A DNA stretch of 64,000 nt. Origin: Nitrospirota bacterium. GTDB taxonomy: Bacteria; Nitrospirota; JACRHJ01. Positions 35,192 through 46,660 of the stretch are shown here, piece by piece. The stretch covers positions 352,001 to 416,000 of the forward strand of contig CAVTDB010000026.1 in NCBI GenBank assembly GCA_963733375.1, read 5' to 3'. Every line of letters begins with the position of its first letter. Position 1 is the stretch's first letter. Made by a program: the position numbers and the translations under genes. The notes beneath the pieces are model-generated. The model did no database searches. It saw only the letters and a program-made list of their open reading frames with translations, and had not been told where the DNA came from.

Positions 35192-35721
35192 TGATAAGAG
35201 AAGAGATACGCCGGAAGGCCTCGAAGATAAAGCTCCTTATATCCGACGTGGACGGCGTCCTGACGGGAGGCCAGATAATACTGGATGACAAGGGGACGGA
35301 ATATAAGGTGTTCAATGTCCGGGACGGCCACGGGATGAAGATGCTGATGCGTGCCGGCGTGGACGTGGCGCTACTTACCGGAAGGCAGTCCAGGGTGGTC
35401 GAGATCAGGGCGCGTGAGCTTGGCATAGAGCACGTAATACAGGGGGCGCTCGATAAACTCCCGGCTTACCTGGAACTCAAGGACAGGCTGGGGATGAAAG
35501 ACGAGGAAATCGCCTATATCGGAGACGACAATGTCGACCTTCCGGTGATGAAGCGGGTGGGGCTTTCCATATCGGTCTCGGACGCTGAGCCGTACGTGAA
35601 GGAGGCGGCGGACATGGTGACGGAGAGGAAAGGCGGCCAGGCGGCGGTGCGCGAGGCGATAGATTACATCCTGAAGGCGAGGGGGGACTGGGACGCGGTC
35701 AACTCAAAATATTTTAGTTGA
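35191..35721 (+). CDS. kdsC: KDO8P phosphatase
   Basis: DVDGVLT, FNVRDG, GDD..D, GG.AAVRE motifs. Confidence 0.93.
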   Translation: MIREEIRRKASKIKLLISDVDGVLTGGQIILDDKGTEYKVFNVRDGHGMKMLMRAGVDVALLTGRQSRVVEIRARELGIEHVIQGALDKLPAYLELKDRLGMKDEEIAYIGDDNVDLPVMKRVGLSISVSDAEPYVKEAADMVTERKGGQAAVREAIDYILKARGDWDAVNSKYFS

Positions 35722-35747
35722 TAATTGGCCTTCCGATGCTGTAAAAT
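35718..35747 (+). promoter_or_regulatory. possible sigma70 promoter for pgsA
   Basis: TTGATA-N18-TAAAAT upstream of the GAGG RBS and TTG start of pgsA. Confidence 0.35.
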
Positions 35748-35788
35748 CCGGAAATCATTAACTAACGGGAACATGAGGAAAACTGGCT

Positions 35789-36370
35789 TTGAACCTCCCG
35801 AACGCCCTTACTCTTCTTAGAGTCCTGCTTATCCCGGTATTCATCCTCTTCCTTTCCTCATATACACCGTTCAACCTGACGCTTGGCACCCGGGCCATGG
35901 CCGCCACGGGCATTTTTTTCATTGCCTCCATCACCGACTGGCTCGACGGCTACATCGCCCGGCGCACCGGCCAGATAACCAAACTCGGAAAACTCTTCGA
36001 CCCCATCGCGGACAAGCTCCTGACCTCGTCCGCGCTTATCCTGCTCGTATCGCTCCACGGACAGGTCCCGGCCTGGATTGTAATCGTGATAATCGGGAGG
36101 GAATTCGCCGTAACGGGGCTTCGGGCGGCGGCTTCTTCGGAGGGCTATGTAATACCCGCCGCGGAAGGGGGGAAAGCGAAGATGGTCTTCCAGACCATAG
36201 CCATAATCGCGCTCCTGCTGGACCTTGGGGTTAAGTTTGCGTACCTGGATATGTTCTGGATAGGCATCGTCTCGCTCTGGATATCCATGCTGCTCGCGGT
36301 GATTTCCGGAGTCCAGTACTTCGTGGAGTACTGGGACAAGATCGGCCTGTCCGGGGAGGGCGGCCAGTGA
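35789..36370 (+). CDS. pgsA: CDP-diacylglycerol--glycerol-3-phosphate 3-phosphatidyltransferase
   Basis: NLPN.LT, TDWLDGYIAR, GKLFDPIADK, RE..VTGLR motifs. Confidence 0.95.
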   Translation: MNLPNALTLLRVLLIPVFILFLSSYTPFNLTLGTRAMAATGIFFIASITDWLDGYIARRTGQITKLGKLFDPIADKLLTSSALILLVSLHGQVPAWIVIVIIGREFAVTGLRAAASSEGYVIPAAEGGKAKMVFQTIAIIALLLDLGVKFAYLDMFWIGIVSLWISMLLAVISGVQYFVEYWDKIGLSGEGGQ

Positions 36371-36948
36371 CCTGGGCCCTGTGTCTGCTGGCCTATATCC
36401 TGGGTTCCATCCCGTTCGGCGTGCTGGTTGCGAAAGCCTACGGCGCTGACCTCCGCTCGAAGGGGAGCGGCAACATCGGCGCGACTAACGCGCTTCGGGT
36501 GCTCGGGAAGAAGGCGGGCGCGCTGACTTTGCTGGGAGACATGCTGAAAGGCGCGGCGGCGGTCCTGATAGCGCTAAGGTTCGGGGGTTATGAAGCGGGG
36601 ACGTGGGCCGCGGGGGCGGCGGTCCTGGGACATGATTTTTCTATATTCGCGGGGTTTAAAGGCGGCAAGGGGGTCGCTACCAGCCTGGGGACAATTCTGG
36701 CGCTGGAGCCTTTTATCGGCCTTGCCTGCGTGGCGGTCTGGCTGGTTGCCTTTATCGCGCTCAGGATATCGTCCGTCGGCGCGCTGGCCGCCTTTACCGC
36801 GCTGCCCCTGCTGGCCCTGGTGTTCAAAGGCGGCAACTATTTTTTTATTATACTTTCCTTCTTCCTTGCAGTTATGATATTTATTAAACATCGGGAAAAT
36901 ATAAAAAGACTAATTAGAGGGGAAGAGGCCGGATTTTCCCGGAAATAA
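36367..36948 (+). CDS. plsY: glycerol-3-phosphate acyltransferase PlsY
   Basis: GSIPFG, GSGNIGATN, FKGGKGVAT, HRENIKRL motifs. Confidence 0.95.
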   Translation: MTWALCLLAYILGSIPFGVLVAKAYGADLRSKGSGNIGATNALRVLGKKAGALTLLGDMLKGAAAVLIALRFGGYEAGTWAAGAAVLGHDFSIFAGFKGGKGVATSLGTILALEPFIGLACVAVWLVAFIALRISSVGALAAFTALPLLALVFKGGNYFFIILSFFLAVMIFIKHRENIKRLIRGEEAGFSRK

Positions 36949-36971
36949 CTTAAGAGCAACAAGTAAATGTT

Positions 36972-38866
36972 ATGATGGCACGGAAAATAATATTTGTTAT
37001 CATCGCAATGGTCCTTTTCGCGGCGCCTTCTTTCGCCCAGGATGCGCCAGCGCCCGCCTCTGTTTCTCCTTCAAAGGCTACTGATATATCGTTCATAAAC
37101 GGCGCGGCTTACGGGAAGCTTTCGGAGGTCCGGAAAAGGCTGGAGGCGAAAGACTACGAGGGCGCCAGGAATGGTCTTCGCGGCCTGGAAAGCTTCTGCC
37201 TGGACTTGGGGATTACGTCGTTCGAGCCGCTGTCGGCGGCGATGTTAAAGCAAGGAAAATCCCTTCTGGATGCAAAAGATACAGCCGGAGCGCTGTTGCT
37301 CATTAATTCCGCGGTCAGGATATCCCCTGATTACCCTCCGGCTTATTTCGCAAGAGGTTGGGCTTACTTTGCCCAGGACAAAATGAAGTTCCTGATTACT
37401 CTCGATTCATTCCGGGAAGGATTTATTAAATCCCTCAGAGACTTCTGGTGGACGTTCTTCTATGCCGGCAACAAGTTCGCCAGCTTCCTTTTCACCCTCG
37501 CCGCCCTCTTCTCGCTTTTTGGGCTCTGCATGGCGGTCAGGTACTCCGCTCTTTTCTCCCACGACATCTCGGAAGCGATTAAAAAGAAAGAATATGAACC
37601 GTATCTGACGTATATAGTCCTGCCGCTGTTCCTTCTCGCCGTGCTCGGCCTGCTCGGCTACTGGTGGGCGGCCTCGGCATGCTTCCTTTCGTTCTGGGTT
37701 TACTTCAATAAGAAAGAAAAAGCGCTTGCCATTTGCTTTTTCGCCCTGCTTGTCTTTATGCCGGAGATAATCGGGAACTTCTCAAACTTCCCGCAAGCCG
37801 GAGGAAACAGGCTTCTTTGGGTGATGGATGAAGTGAACAAGGGGCATCTCCACAGCGGGGCGGAGGAATACCTGGAATCGGTGACGTCGAAAGAGCCCGG
37901 AAACGAGGCGGCGGCGATGACGCTCGCCGAGTTGTATAAAAAATCCGGGAGATATGACGATGCCGCCGAAGCCTACGAGAAACTTTCGACGGCATCACCC
38001 TGAAAATACGGTTTATCGAAACAACCTGGGCAATGTGTATTTTCTGGCCGGAAGGAACTCCGACGCCGTGAGAGAATATCAGGCGGCAATCCGGTACGGC
38101 CCGAAAAGACCCCTGCCGTATTTCAACCTCAGCCAGGTTTATGGAGAAAACCTGATGTTCCCGGAAAGGGAGAAGGCGGACCTGGAGGCTAGGGAGCTTG
38201 ACCCGGCTTTGATTTCAGCCCTTCGGGAAAGAGCCGGGACCGAACCGGTGAGGATGGTATTCGACTATCACGGTCCCTGCCGAGACATTCTGGCGGATAG
38301 CTTTTTCCTCCGGACATAGCGGGCTTGCGGATTCGCTTTGGGAGATGACGGTAAAGGTGCTGCCGTTAAAAGGCACTCGCCTTGCGGGGATTTCCTTTAT
38401 TCTCCTGGCTTTTGCCGTCAGTGCGCTCAGGAAGAAGGGGGTTACTTCTCATTTCTGCAAAAAATGCGGCAAGGTGAGCTGCAGGAAGTGCCAAAAGCCC
38501 AATTACAGCAAGGAACTCTGCCCCGAATGCCACCAGATATTCGTAAAGCTGGAGGGCGTGGAGGCAAGGGACAGGGTGCGCAAACTTCTCGAAGTGCGGG
38601 AGAAGAATAGAAAAAAATCGCTATTTTACCGGTCCGTCTCCCTGGTAGTGCCGGGGACCGGTCATTTTCTGACGGGACATCCGTTCAGGGGATTTCTGTT
38701 CATGGGTGCTTTCATTTTCTTCGTAAAGGATATATTCTTCGGACAATTCCTGGATGTCCCGTATGAATTCCGGCTCCCGTTCCTGCAGCCGGATATCCTG
38801 CTGATGTCTATACTGTTGCTGGCTTTTTATCTCCTTTCGCAGTTTAGCCTGCGCAAGGTAATTTGA
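36972..38866 (+). CDS. membrane protein with TPR repeats and a Cys-rich Zn-finger-like segment (frameshifted into 3 ORFs)
   Basis: Signal peptide, TPR-like helices (NNLGNVYF, YFNLSQ), TM segments, CKKCG..CRKC...CPEC motif. Confidence 0.7.
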
Positions 38867-38873
38867 GGCGATA

Positions 38874-40044
38874 ATGGCGCTTGAAGGCACTATAAAAGAT
38901 TTCGGCCTTGCTGATATTTTTCAGTTGATCGGCCTTCAGAAGAAAACGGGTACGCTCTTCCTTAAAGGGCTTGAGACCACGGTCAACATCCATTTCGAGG
39001 ACGGGGCCGTGGTAAAGGCCGAAGAAAGCCTTAAAATCCCCAAATATTTAACCGGCAGGATATTAATAAATCTCGGAAAAATTGAGCCTTATCAGCTGGA
39101 AGAGGCCCTCGAGGTCCAGAAGACGACTGCGCGCAAGATAGGGAGCATCCTCATAGGTCAGGAACTTATCAACAAGGATGACCTTCAGGACGCGCTCTCT
39201 TTCCAGATGAAAGAAGCAGTTTACAGGGTCTTCAGGTGGAAAGGCGGCGATTATAAGTTTTATCAGGATAAAGTGGAATACGACCGCGATACCGTGGTCC
39301 CTTTAAGCTCCGAACATCTCCTGATGGACGGAGTAAGGATGCTGGACGAGTGGCCAAAGCTGGAAAAGATACTTCCTCCGTCGGATATCGTGCTGGAGAG
39401 AGACGCTCTGAAAACGGTTTCAGAAGACGAGCCGGCCGGGGATGGGGATATTTTTTCGTACGATGAAGGCCCGGGCGGCCTCTCGAAAGAGGCCCTCCAG
39501 ACCCTTAAGCTGGTCCGCGGAGGCAAGACGGTATATGAAATTATCGAGTCCTCGCCCCTGGGGGAATTCGACGCCTCAAAGGCGATCGTCGAGCTTTTGC
39601 GCAAAGGCTTTTTACGGAAGACGGAATCACTGCCGGAGATTATCCTGCATGAGAAAAAGATAAGGCATCCGAAGGTTGCTTCCGAGTGGCTTGTTTACGT
39701 CCTTTATGTCATGGTTGCCGCCGCGCTTTCTCTGATTTTCCTCCAGGTGACTGGCACAAGGAGGATAATGGACCCGAGAGTGACGCGGTTCCCGGAACGT
39801 GAAAACATCCTTCTGCACCGTCCAGGTCGAGAAGGTGCGGGATAATGCGGATCTTTATTATTTTGATTACGGCTTTTATCCTAAAAAACTTTCCGCCCTT
39901 GGAACGTTGGATTATGATTCGGATTTAACCGATCCATGGGGAAGGATGCTTGAAATGAAATTCAACAAGGGGGAGGTTATCGTTGAAAGCGCCGGGTTGG
40001 ACGGATATATCGGCACGGATGACGACATCTCCAGTAATCCCTGA
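38874..40044 (+). CDS. DUF4388 (PATAN-like) protein with TM helix and C-terminal GspG-like domain (frameshift near 39795)
   Basis: MALEGTIKDFGLADIFQLI..QKKTG N-terminus; LLMDGVRMLDEW; C-terminal DPWG...SAGLDG..GTDDDI. Confidence 0.75.
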
Positions 40045-40080
40045 GTGAGTTTACATAATATATCTTATAGGACATTATAA

Positions 40081-41332
40081 TTGATAATTCGAGCACGAAA
40101 GCTTCTGCCTGTAACCAGCCCGCCCATCGATTACGGCGCTATCGTCATTCAGGGCAGCAAAATAATCGCTCTGGGCAAGGAAAAGGTTATATTAAAAAAA
40201 TATCCCGCGGAGAAGGTCGTTGATCTCGAGGACCGTCTGGTTATGCCCGGGCTGATAAATGCCCACACCCACCTCGAACTCTCCCAACTGAAGGGAAAGA
40301 TCGGCGAGCGCCGCGAGTTTTTCGACTGGATAATAGAACTGGTGGAAACCAGGCGCAGGCTCGGCACAAAAAATCTTGAACAGGCGGTAAGGTCTTCACT
40401 GATTGAGCTTTTAACATCGGGCACTACCTGCGTAGGAGATATATCCTCCACCGAAGCCGCGCTTCCCATGCTCGCTAAAAGCGGTCTCCGGGCGGTGGCG
40501 TTCCTGGAGGTCTTGGGCCCCGAAGAGCAAAAGTCGGAACAGATTTTTGAGGCCTTGAAGAAAAGGCTGGGAAAACTTAAAGACTTATCGAGCCTCATTA
40601 CCCCGGGAGTCTCCCCGCATTCGGTTTATTCCGTTTCTCCGTCATTAATCAATAGAATATCGGATTATACTTCAGATGATAGTTTACCTATACAAGTACA
40701 TCTGTCTGAAACAGAACATGAAAAGCTCTATATAAATGGAAAATCCTCCAGGCCTTGACGGGTATCTGGAACACTTCGGATGGAAAGGTATTAAAAAGGA
40801 AAAATCAAAATCGCCTCTGGGGTTCCTCAACCAATCCGGGCTGAACAACTTCACGGCCGTCCACTGCGTACACCTAAGCGGCCCCGATATAAAATTAATG
40901 GGCAAAAATGGGATTTCGTGCGTATTCTGTCCCAGGAGCAACTATTTCCTGGGAGTCGGGAAGGCGCCGGTGGAAGATATGGCCGAGGCAGGGATTAACC
41001 TGGCCATCGGGACCGACAGCCTGGCAAGCAATATCGACCTCGACCTCTGGGAAGAGATGCGGTTTGCCTACTTAGTCAGCCGTCTTCCGGCAAGGAAGCT
41101 GATCGAGATGGCTACGCTAAACGGAGCGAGGGCCCTCGGACTGGAACGGATAACCGGTTCGCTTGAGCCGGGCAAGGAGGCGGACCTTATAGCCATTAAT
41201 ACTGACGCCGCAAAGGAAAAAGACCCATATTACCCCCTGCTCATGGAGACTCGGAAAGAAGATATCTCCGCAACCATTGTTCAGGGAAAACCTCTTCATT
41301 CAACGGATGGATATATCAGCTATGGATTTTAA
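40081..41332 (+). CDS. metal-dependent amidohydrolase (candidate aminofutalosine deaminase); frameshift near 40745
   Basis: PGLINAHTH, SPHS.YS, HLSE, HCVH, CPRSN, GTDSLASN motifs; directly upstream of mqnE and mqnC. Confidence 0.8.
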
Positions 41333-42400
41333 GGCGCTTAAAAACAAGCTATCCTCCGGCGGGAGGTTATCCGAGGCGGAGGCAGTGGAACTCCTCGCGC
41401 ACCGAGGATATCTTTTCGCTCGGAGAGATGGCAAACAAGGTGAGCGAGAAGAAGAATAAAAAGTTCGTCCATTTTATAAAGAATAGGCACATAAACCCAG
41501 GTAATATTTGTATTAATCGCTGTAAGTTCTGCGCGTTCAGCCGGAGCGCCGGCGAGAAAGGCGCCTACTTTTACACTATCCCCCAAATGGCTGAAATGGC
41601 CAGGCAGGTCCGGGGAAAGGTAAGCGAGTTCCATATTGTAGGCGGCTTAAACCCGGAAATGGGTCTGGATTTTTATAAAGAGCTGTTCCAGGCATTAAAA
41701 AGCGAGGTTCCGGGCGTTTCGATAAAAGCTCTGACTGCGGTGGAAATTGATTATTTGTCAAGGCTTTCCGGACTTAAAGTTAATAAAATACTTGAAGAAC
41801 TTCGAGAGGGCCGGGCTGGACTCCATGCCCGGCGGCGGAGCGGAGATATTCAGGCAAAAGGTACGCGGCCAGCTCTGTCCGGAAAAAATAGACGGCAGGC
41901 GCTGGCTGAGCATAATGGAGACGGCGCATAAAATCGGTATAAGGACTACCGCGACCATGCTCTTCGGCCATCTGGAATCCTTCGAGGACAGGGCGGACCA
42001 TCTTCGGAGGCTCCGGACTCTCCAGGACAAGACAGGAGGGTTCCTCGCCTTTATCCCCCTCCCCTTCCACCCGAAGAATACGAGGATAGAGAAGACGCAC
42101 CCCATAAGCGGCCTGGACATCCTCCGGACGGTCGCGGTCTCCAGGCTTTACCTGGATAACTTCGACCACATCAAGGCGTACTGGATAATGACGGGTGAAA
42201 AGCTCGCCCAGACCTGCCTGCTTTTCGGCGCGGACGATCTGGACGGCACGGTGATTGAGGAAAAGATAGCCCACGACGCGGGGGCCGAGAGCAAAGAAGT
42301 GATGACCGTCGAGGATATAACCTATATAATAAAAAAAGCCGGCAAGGTGCCGGTCGAGCGGGATACTTTCTACCGCCGGTTAAAGGTTTGGGACCAATGA
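41322..42400 (+). CDS. mqnE: aminofutalosine synthase MqnE (radical SAM), two frameshifts
   Basis: CINRCKFC, EFHIVGG, KALTAVEI, PGGGAEIF, HIKAYW, ERDT motifs. Confidence 0.85.
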
Positions 42401-43456
42401 AGGCACTTATAAAAAAAGCGGCGGGCGGAAAGCGTCTGACAAAGGAAGAGGGTATTTCAATTTTCCTTAACTCGGACCTCTTGTCTCTAGGCAGGGCGGC
42501 GGATATGGCGAGGAAACGCCTGCATCCGGAGGGCATCGTCACCTTCATCGTGGACAGGAACATAAATTACACGAACGTATGTGTAAACCAGTGCAAGTTC
42601 TGCGCTTTCTACAGGACGGAGGAAGACTCCGAGAGCTACCTCCTGCCTGACAGCGAGATATTTCAAAAAGTGAAGGAGACCGTTGAGGTCGGCGGTACGC
42701 AGATACTTATCCAGGGCGGGCTTCACCCGAAACTCGACATCTCCTATTACCAACGGCTCTTCTCCGGGATAAAAGAAAGGTTTTCCGTCAATATTCACGG
42801 ACTTTCACCAGCAGAGATAAAGCATATTGCGAAGAATTCAGCTCTAACCATCAGGGAAGCTTTGCTTTTGCTCCGGACGGCCGGACTTGGATTCCATCCC
42901 TGGAGGCGGCGCGGAGATACTGGTGGACAGCGTCCGGGGAGAGGTAAGCCCTAAGAAGATCACGTATGAGGGCTGGCGGGAAGTGATGCTGACGGCCCAG
43001 GAACTGGGTTTTCCCACTACCGCGACGATGATGTTCGGAGGGGTGGAACGGCCCGAGGACATAGTGGAGCACCTTTTCCGGGTACGCGAGATGCAGGACG
43101 TGCACCAGGGCTTTACCGCCTTCATCCCCTGGACCTACCAGCCGGGCAATACCGAGCTTGGCGGAAAGACCGCGACCGGGATCGAATACCTGAGGGTCCT
43201 GGCTTTCTCCCGGCTTTTCCTGGACAATATCCCCAACGTGCAGGCGTCGTGGGTCACCCAGGGGGCCGCAATGGCCCAGGCGGCCCTCAGGTTCGGAGCG
43301 AATGACTTCGGGAGTACGATGCTGGAGGAGAACGTCGTAGCGGCTACAGGAATAAAAAACCGCTTAGATATGAGCGACATTGTATATCTTATTAGGAATG
43401 CTGGTTTTGTTCCCGCTCAGCGAAATACCAAGTATTCAATTTTAAAGACATTTTAG
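42397..43456 (+). CDS. mqnC: cyclic dehypoxanthinyl futalosine synthase MqnC (frameshift near 42890)
   Basis: DRNINYTNVC..CKFCAFYR, QGGLHP, FTAFIPW, QASWVTQG, MLEENVV motifs. Confidence 0.92.
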
Positions 43457-43499
43457 CCGCAATTTTGAAATTTCCTGTCTTTTCCTTGAGTTAGCTTTC

Positions 43500-43603
43500 C
43501 AATCCACAACTTCTGTGGAAAATCTGTTGAAAAGGCTGTTGAAAATAAGCCAATCCCGCACCCTGTAACAGCCGGGACATGGTGCTTAAAAATTAAGCAT
43601 CAT
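43500..43603. promoter_or_regulatory. cluster of four DnaA-box-like 9-mers plus a Fis-consensus palindrome (DARS-like)
   Basis: caatccaca-N5-tgtggaaaa-N2-tgttgaaaa-N3-tgttgaaaa (43500-43545); GCTTAAAAATTAAGC (43584-43598). Confidence 0.5.
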
Positions 43604-43700
43604 TAAAAGATATAAGCACTTATTAATCTGATGACTCCGTATAACCGTTGTCATTGAAATGACGAACAGTTTTTAAAGTATTAAATATTTTGTCAAAATT

Positions 43701-44381
43701 CTAGCGACTCGATATTTTTACCAGCAGGTCCCGTAAGGACAGGTTATCCCGGACGCTCTTTTGCATAAGACTGGAAAGAGCATTATCGAGCTGCTCGATC
43801 ATCTTATCGCGGCTTGCTGAGGCGATTTTGTCGTTCCAGTCCGTCTTGTAGTCCGACCAGAGCACATCTCCGGTCTTTACATCCAGCACGTAGAACTGAA
43901 TCGCGCCGGAGACGTGGACGTCATTACCTATCAGCGTCTTTTTGGAATCCGCCATGAATTCCAGGACCTTCGCCCCGAAAGCCACCTGCACGGTCGGGTA
44001 TCTATCCATAATCTCTTTCCGGACCTCCGCGGCGCTTGCCTTGTCAAGGGGCGTCTTCAACTGCGTCCTGACCATCTTGACGCCCAGCCTGCCAAGTTCC
44101 GCCTCAAGGGAATCCCGGAATACATCTTCGACATCCTTGTCGTTAATCCCAGAGCTGATATTCCCGCTGTAGTCGGTATGCCTGATCACCTGCTTCGGAT
44201 ATGGCTGCGTCCCCTGCCTCGCGTCCACGACCGGCAGGAGCGTCCCTACTACGGGTTTCGGGATCATTGCAACCTGTCCCTGGCCTGCGTCATAGGAGAT
44301 ATTCGTCCTGGCGGTGGAACATCCTGCAAATATAATTGCAAGCGAAATCAATATTATGAATTGTTTTAGTTGAAGTTTCAT
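43701..44381 (-). CDS. hypothetical lipoprotein
   Basis: Signal peptide ending in lipobox FAGC; GGGAGG RBS; intact 226 aa. Confidence 0.8.
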   Translation of the reverse strand: MKLQLKQFIILISLAIIFAGCSTARTNISYDAGQGQVAMIPKPVVGTLLPVVDARQGTQPYPKQVIRHTDYSGNISSGINDKDVEDVFRDSLEAELGRLGVKMVRTQLKTPLDKASAAEVRKEIMDRYPTVQVAFGAKVLEFMADSKKTLIGNDVHVSGAIQFYVLDVKTGDVLWSDYKTDWNDKIASASRDKMIEQLDNALSSLMQKSVRDNLSLRDLLVKISSR

Positions 44382-44407
44382 CTCAGCTTTGCCTCCCTTT
44401 GATTTTT

Positions 44408-45405
44408 TCAGTTGGATTTCAGTTCCTCGACCAGTTCGCCAGGAGCAGGGCTCACCCAGATAACCGTTTCTTCCTTCCCGGATGTAAAACTTACCGCGAC
44501 GGAATCGATGCCTTTGGCGTCCGAATACCTTGCCGTAATCCTTGCGGCCAGTTCAAGGTCGTCTTCAGTCGTGTTTTCCTCTGAAAAGCGAAACCGGCCC
44601 AGGGAAATCCCTTGTACTTATTATAACGTCTCCCTCGCCGGCGAGGGCAGCGAGTTTATCGTTATCTCTCTCGTTTCGACCCACCCTCAGGGTCCCGGAC
44701 GGGAACTTAAAAAGCCTTCCCACCGACAGGATCTGGACGTCCCGCGCGTTGACCTCGCCCTCTTTCAAAAGGAGTTCCCGCACCCTTTTGGACAGGATTG
44801 GGTCCGTTAGAACGCACCCTCCGGCGGGTGACGCATAATCCTGTATCCCGAACCTTTCCGCCAGCTCCATCTGGGGCCTGCGGGAGCGGCCGGAGAAACC
44901 ATACAATTTTTCCCTGTCCACCAGGCCCTTCTGCTCCGGGATTGTCGGCGGCAGAAGCTTCGCGCAAAGCGGCCGCAGGAGATAGCCCTTAAGTCCGGAA
45001 TCCCGCTCCACTATGCTCATGGCGTCCCTTCTCTGAGACATCGGCCTCTGGCCCAGCACCTCGCCGGATATTATAAAATCAGCGCCTTCGGCCAGCATTA
45101 TCTCACTTCGCCTTCCTCATCATGAATATCTTGCAGTCGAGGCAGGGGTTGAAATTCTTGCCGTAGCCGTAAACCGGCTTCCGGACCATCTCGATATATT
45201 CCTGTGAAACATCCAGAATGCGCACGTCGATTTCATATTTCTTTTTGAAATTTTCGGCAGCCCAGGCTTCCCTGCCCTTGCTGTCGTACCCGAAGAAGGG
45301 GGTAATGAAATGGAGCGCGGTCACTTCCACGCCCTGTTCCATTATCGCCCTTGCCGCGAGCATGCTGTCCAGGCCGCCCGAAAAAAGAGAAAACGCTTTA
45401 GCCAT
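44408..45405 (-). CDS. ThiI/MnmA-like PP-loop tRNA sulfurtransferase family protein (two frameshifts)
   Basis: SGGLDS PP-loop, NPCLDC, GEVLGQRPMSQ, GGC.LT, VGRN motifs. Confidence 0.8.
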
Positions 45406-46655
45406 CAATCCTTCCCCTCGTTGAATGCCCGTCAGTTCCCGTTATTTTAACCTTAACGGGCTTTCCGGAAGGTATGCCCTTCTCATCGAAGCCGACCCGG
45501 ACATAGTTGTCCGTCAGGCCGGAATAAGCCCCGTTTTTTTCCTCCACGACGACTTCCATTACCTTTCCGACAAGGGAGCGCCGAAATTCCAGGTTTTTTT
45601 TCTTTCCCAGCTCGCGGAGCCTTTCGCTCCTCTCCCGTTTCACGTCTCCCTTTACGGTATCCCCCATCTCGTACGCCTTCGTGCGGCTCCTGGGGGAGTA
45701 GCTGAATACGTGGAGATAATTTATGGGCGAGTCCTCTACCCGTCTCAGCGTCTCCTCGAAGGCGTCGGCGTCTTCATTGGGATAGCCGACAATAACGTCC
45801 GCCCCGATGCAGGCGCCGGGCGCGGCCTTTTCAATCCTTTTTATGGTCTTTAAATAATCATCCCATGTATATCCCCTGCCCATGGAAGCCAGAACATGGT
45901 CGTTCGCATGTTGAAGCGGCACGTGAAGATGCCGGCAAAATTTTTTAAATCCCATAAGCTCAAGCAGAGGCCCGTCTATCTCCATCGGCTCTATTGAGCT
46001 AAGGCGCAGCCTTCCAAGCCCCGGCCTGTCAAGCAGCGAGGATACCAGGCGCGAGAGCCGTAAGTCTCCAAAATCTTTTCCGTATGCCCCAAGGTGCACT
46101 CCGGTGAGCACGATCTCATGATATCCGTTTGCTATCAACCCGTCCGCCTTCGCCAGAACATCATCGAGCTTTGCGCTCCGGGAGCGGCCGCGCGCATACG
46201 GGACTATGCAATACGAGCAGAAGGAGTCGCATCCTTCCTGCGCCTTCAGGAATGCCCTCGTCCTGCCGCCGATGGCCTGCGCGCCGAAAATACCCGCTTT
46301 TTCCGTGGAAAAGCCGAACCTGCCGCCAATAATATCCGGAATGCTCCCCTGTTTTTCGTTCCCTATGACCGCGTCCACGCCGTCTATCTTCTTAATGGCC
46401 TCCGGTGCGGTCTGGGCATAACATCCGGTGACCAGCACTACCGCTCCGTCTGCCTTTGCCTTTACCGCGCGGCGTATTTCCTGCCGGCACTGATAGTCGC
46501 TCTTGCCGGTCACGGTGCAGGTGAAAATCACCTGTACGTCCGCATCCCCCGCCAGCGCGACAGCCTCTCCGCCCTTGGCTGAAAGGGTCTCGCCAAGCGC
46601 TAGCTGCGTCGAACTGGTTTATCTTGCAGCCGAGTGATTTTATGTGAAATTTCAT
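45398..46655 (-). CDS. mtaB: tRNA t6A37 methylthiotransferase MtaB (frameshifted 5' part)
   Basis: SLGCKINQ, TGCYAQ, QEGCDSFCSYC, RLRLSSIEP, DNYVRV motifs. Confidence 0.9.
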
Positions 46656-46660
46656 AAATA

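Noticed and set aside
43581-43608. Possible dif site (GGTGCTTAAAA-ATTAAG-CATCATTAAAA) at the convergent strand switch
   Set aside because: The XerD arm matches TTATGTTAAAT at only 5 of 11 positions, and the symmetry centre fits a Fis-like palindrome better.
43650-43663. GTCATT-GA-AATGAC palindrome as a collapsed REP remnant
   Set aside because: Only a 6-bp stem, which could arise by chance in an AT-rich spacer.
43457-43700. Replication origin
   Set aside because: Flanking gene blocks converge rather than diverge, there is no dnaA/dnaN/gidA context, and only four boxes are present.
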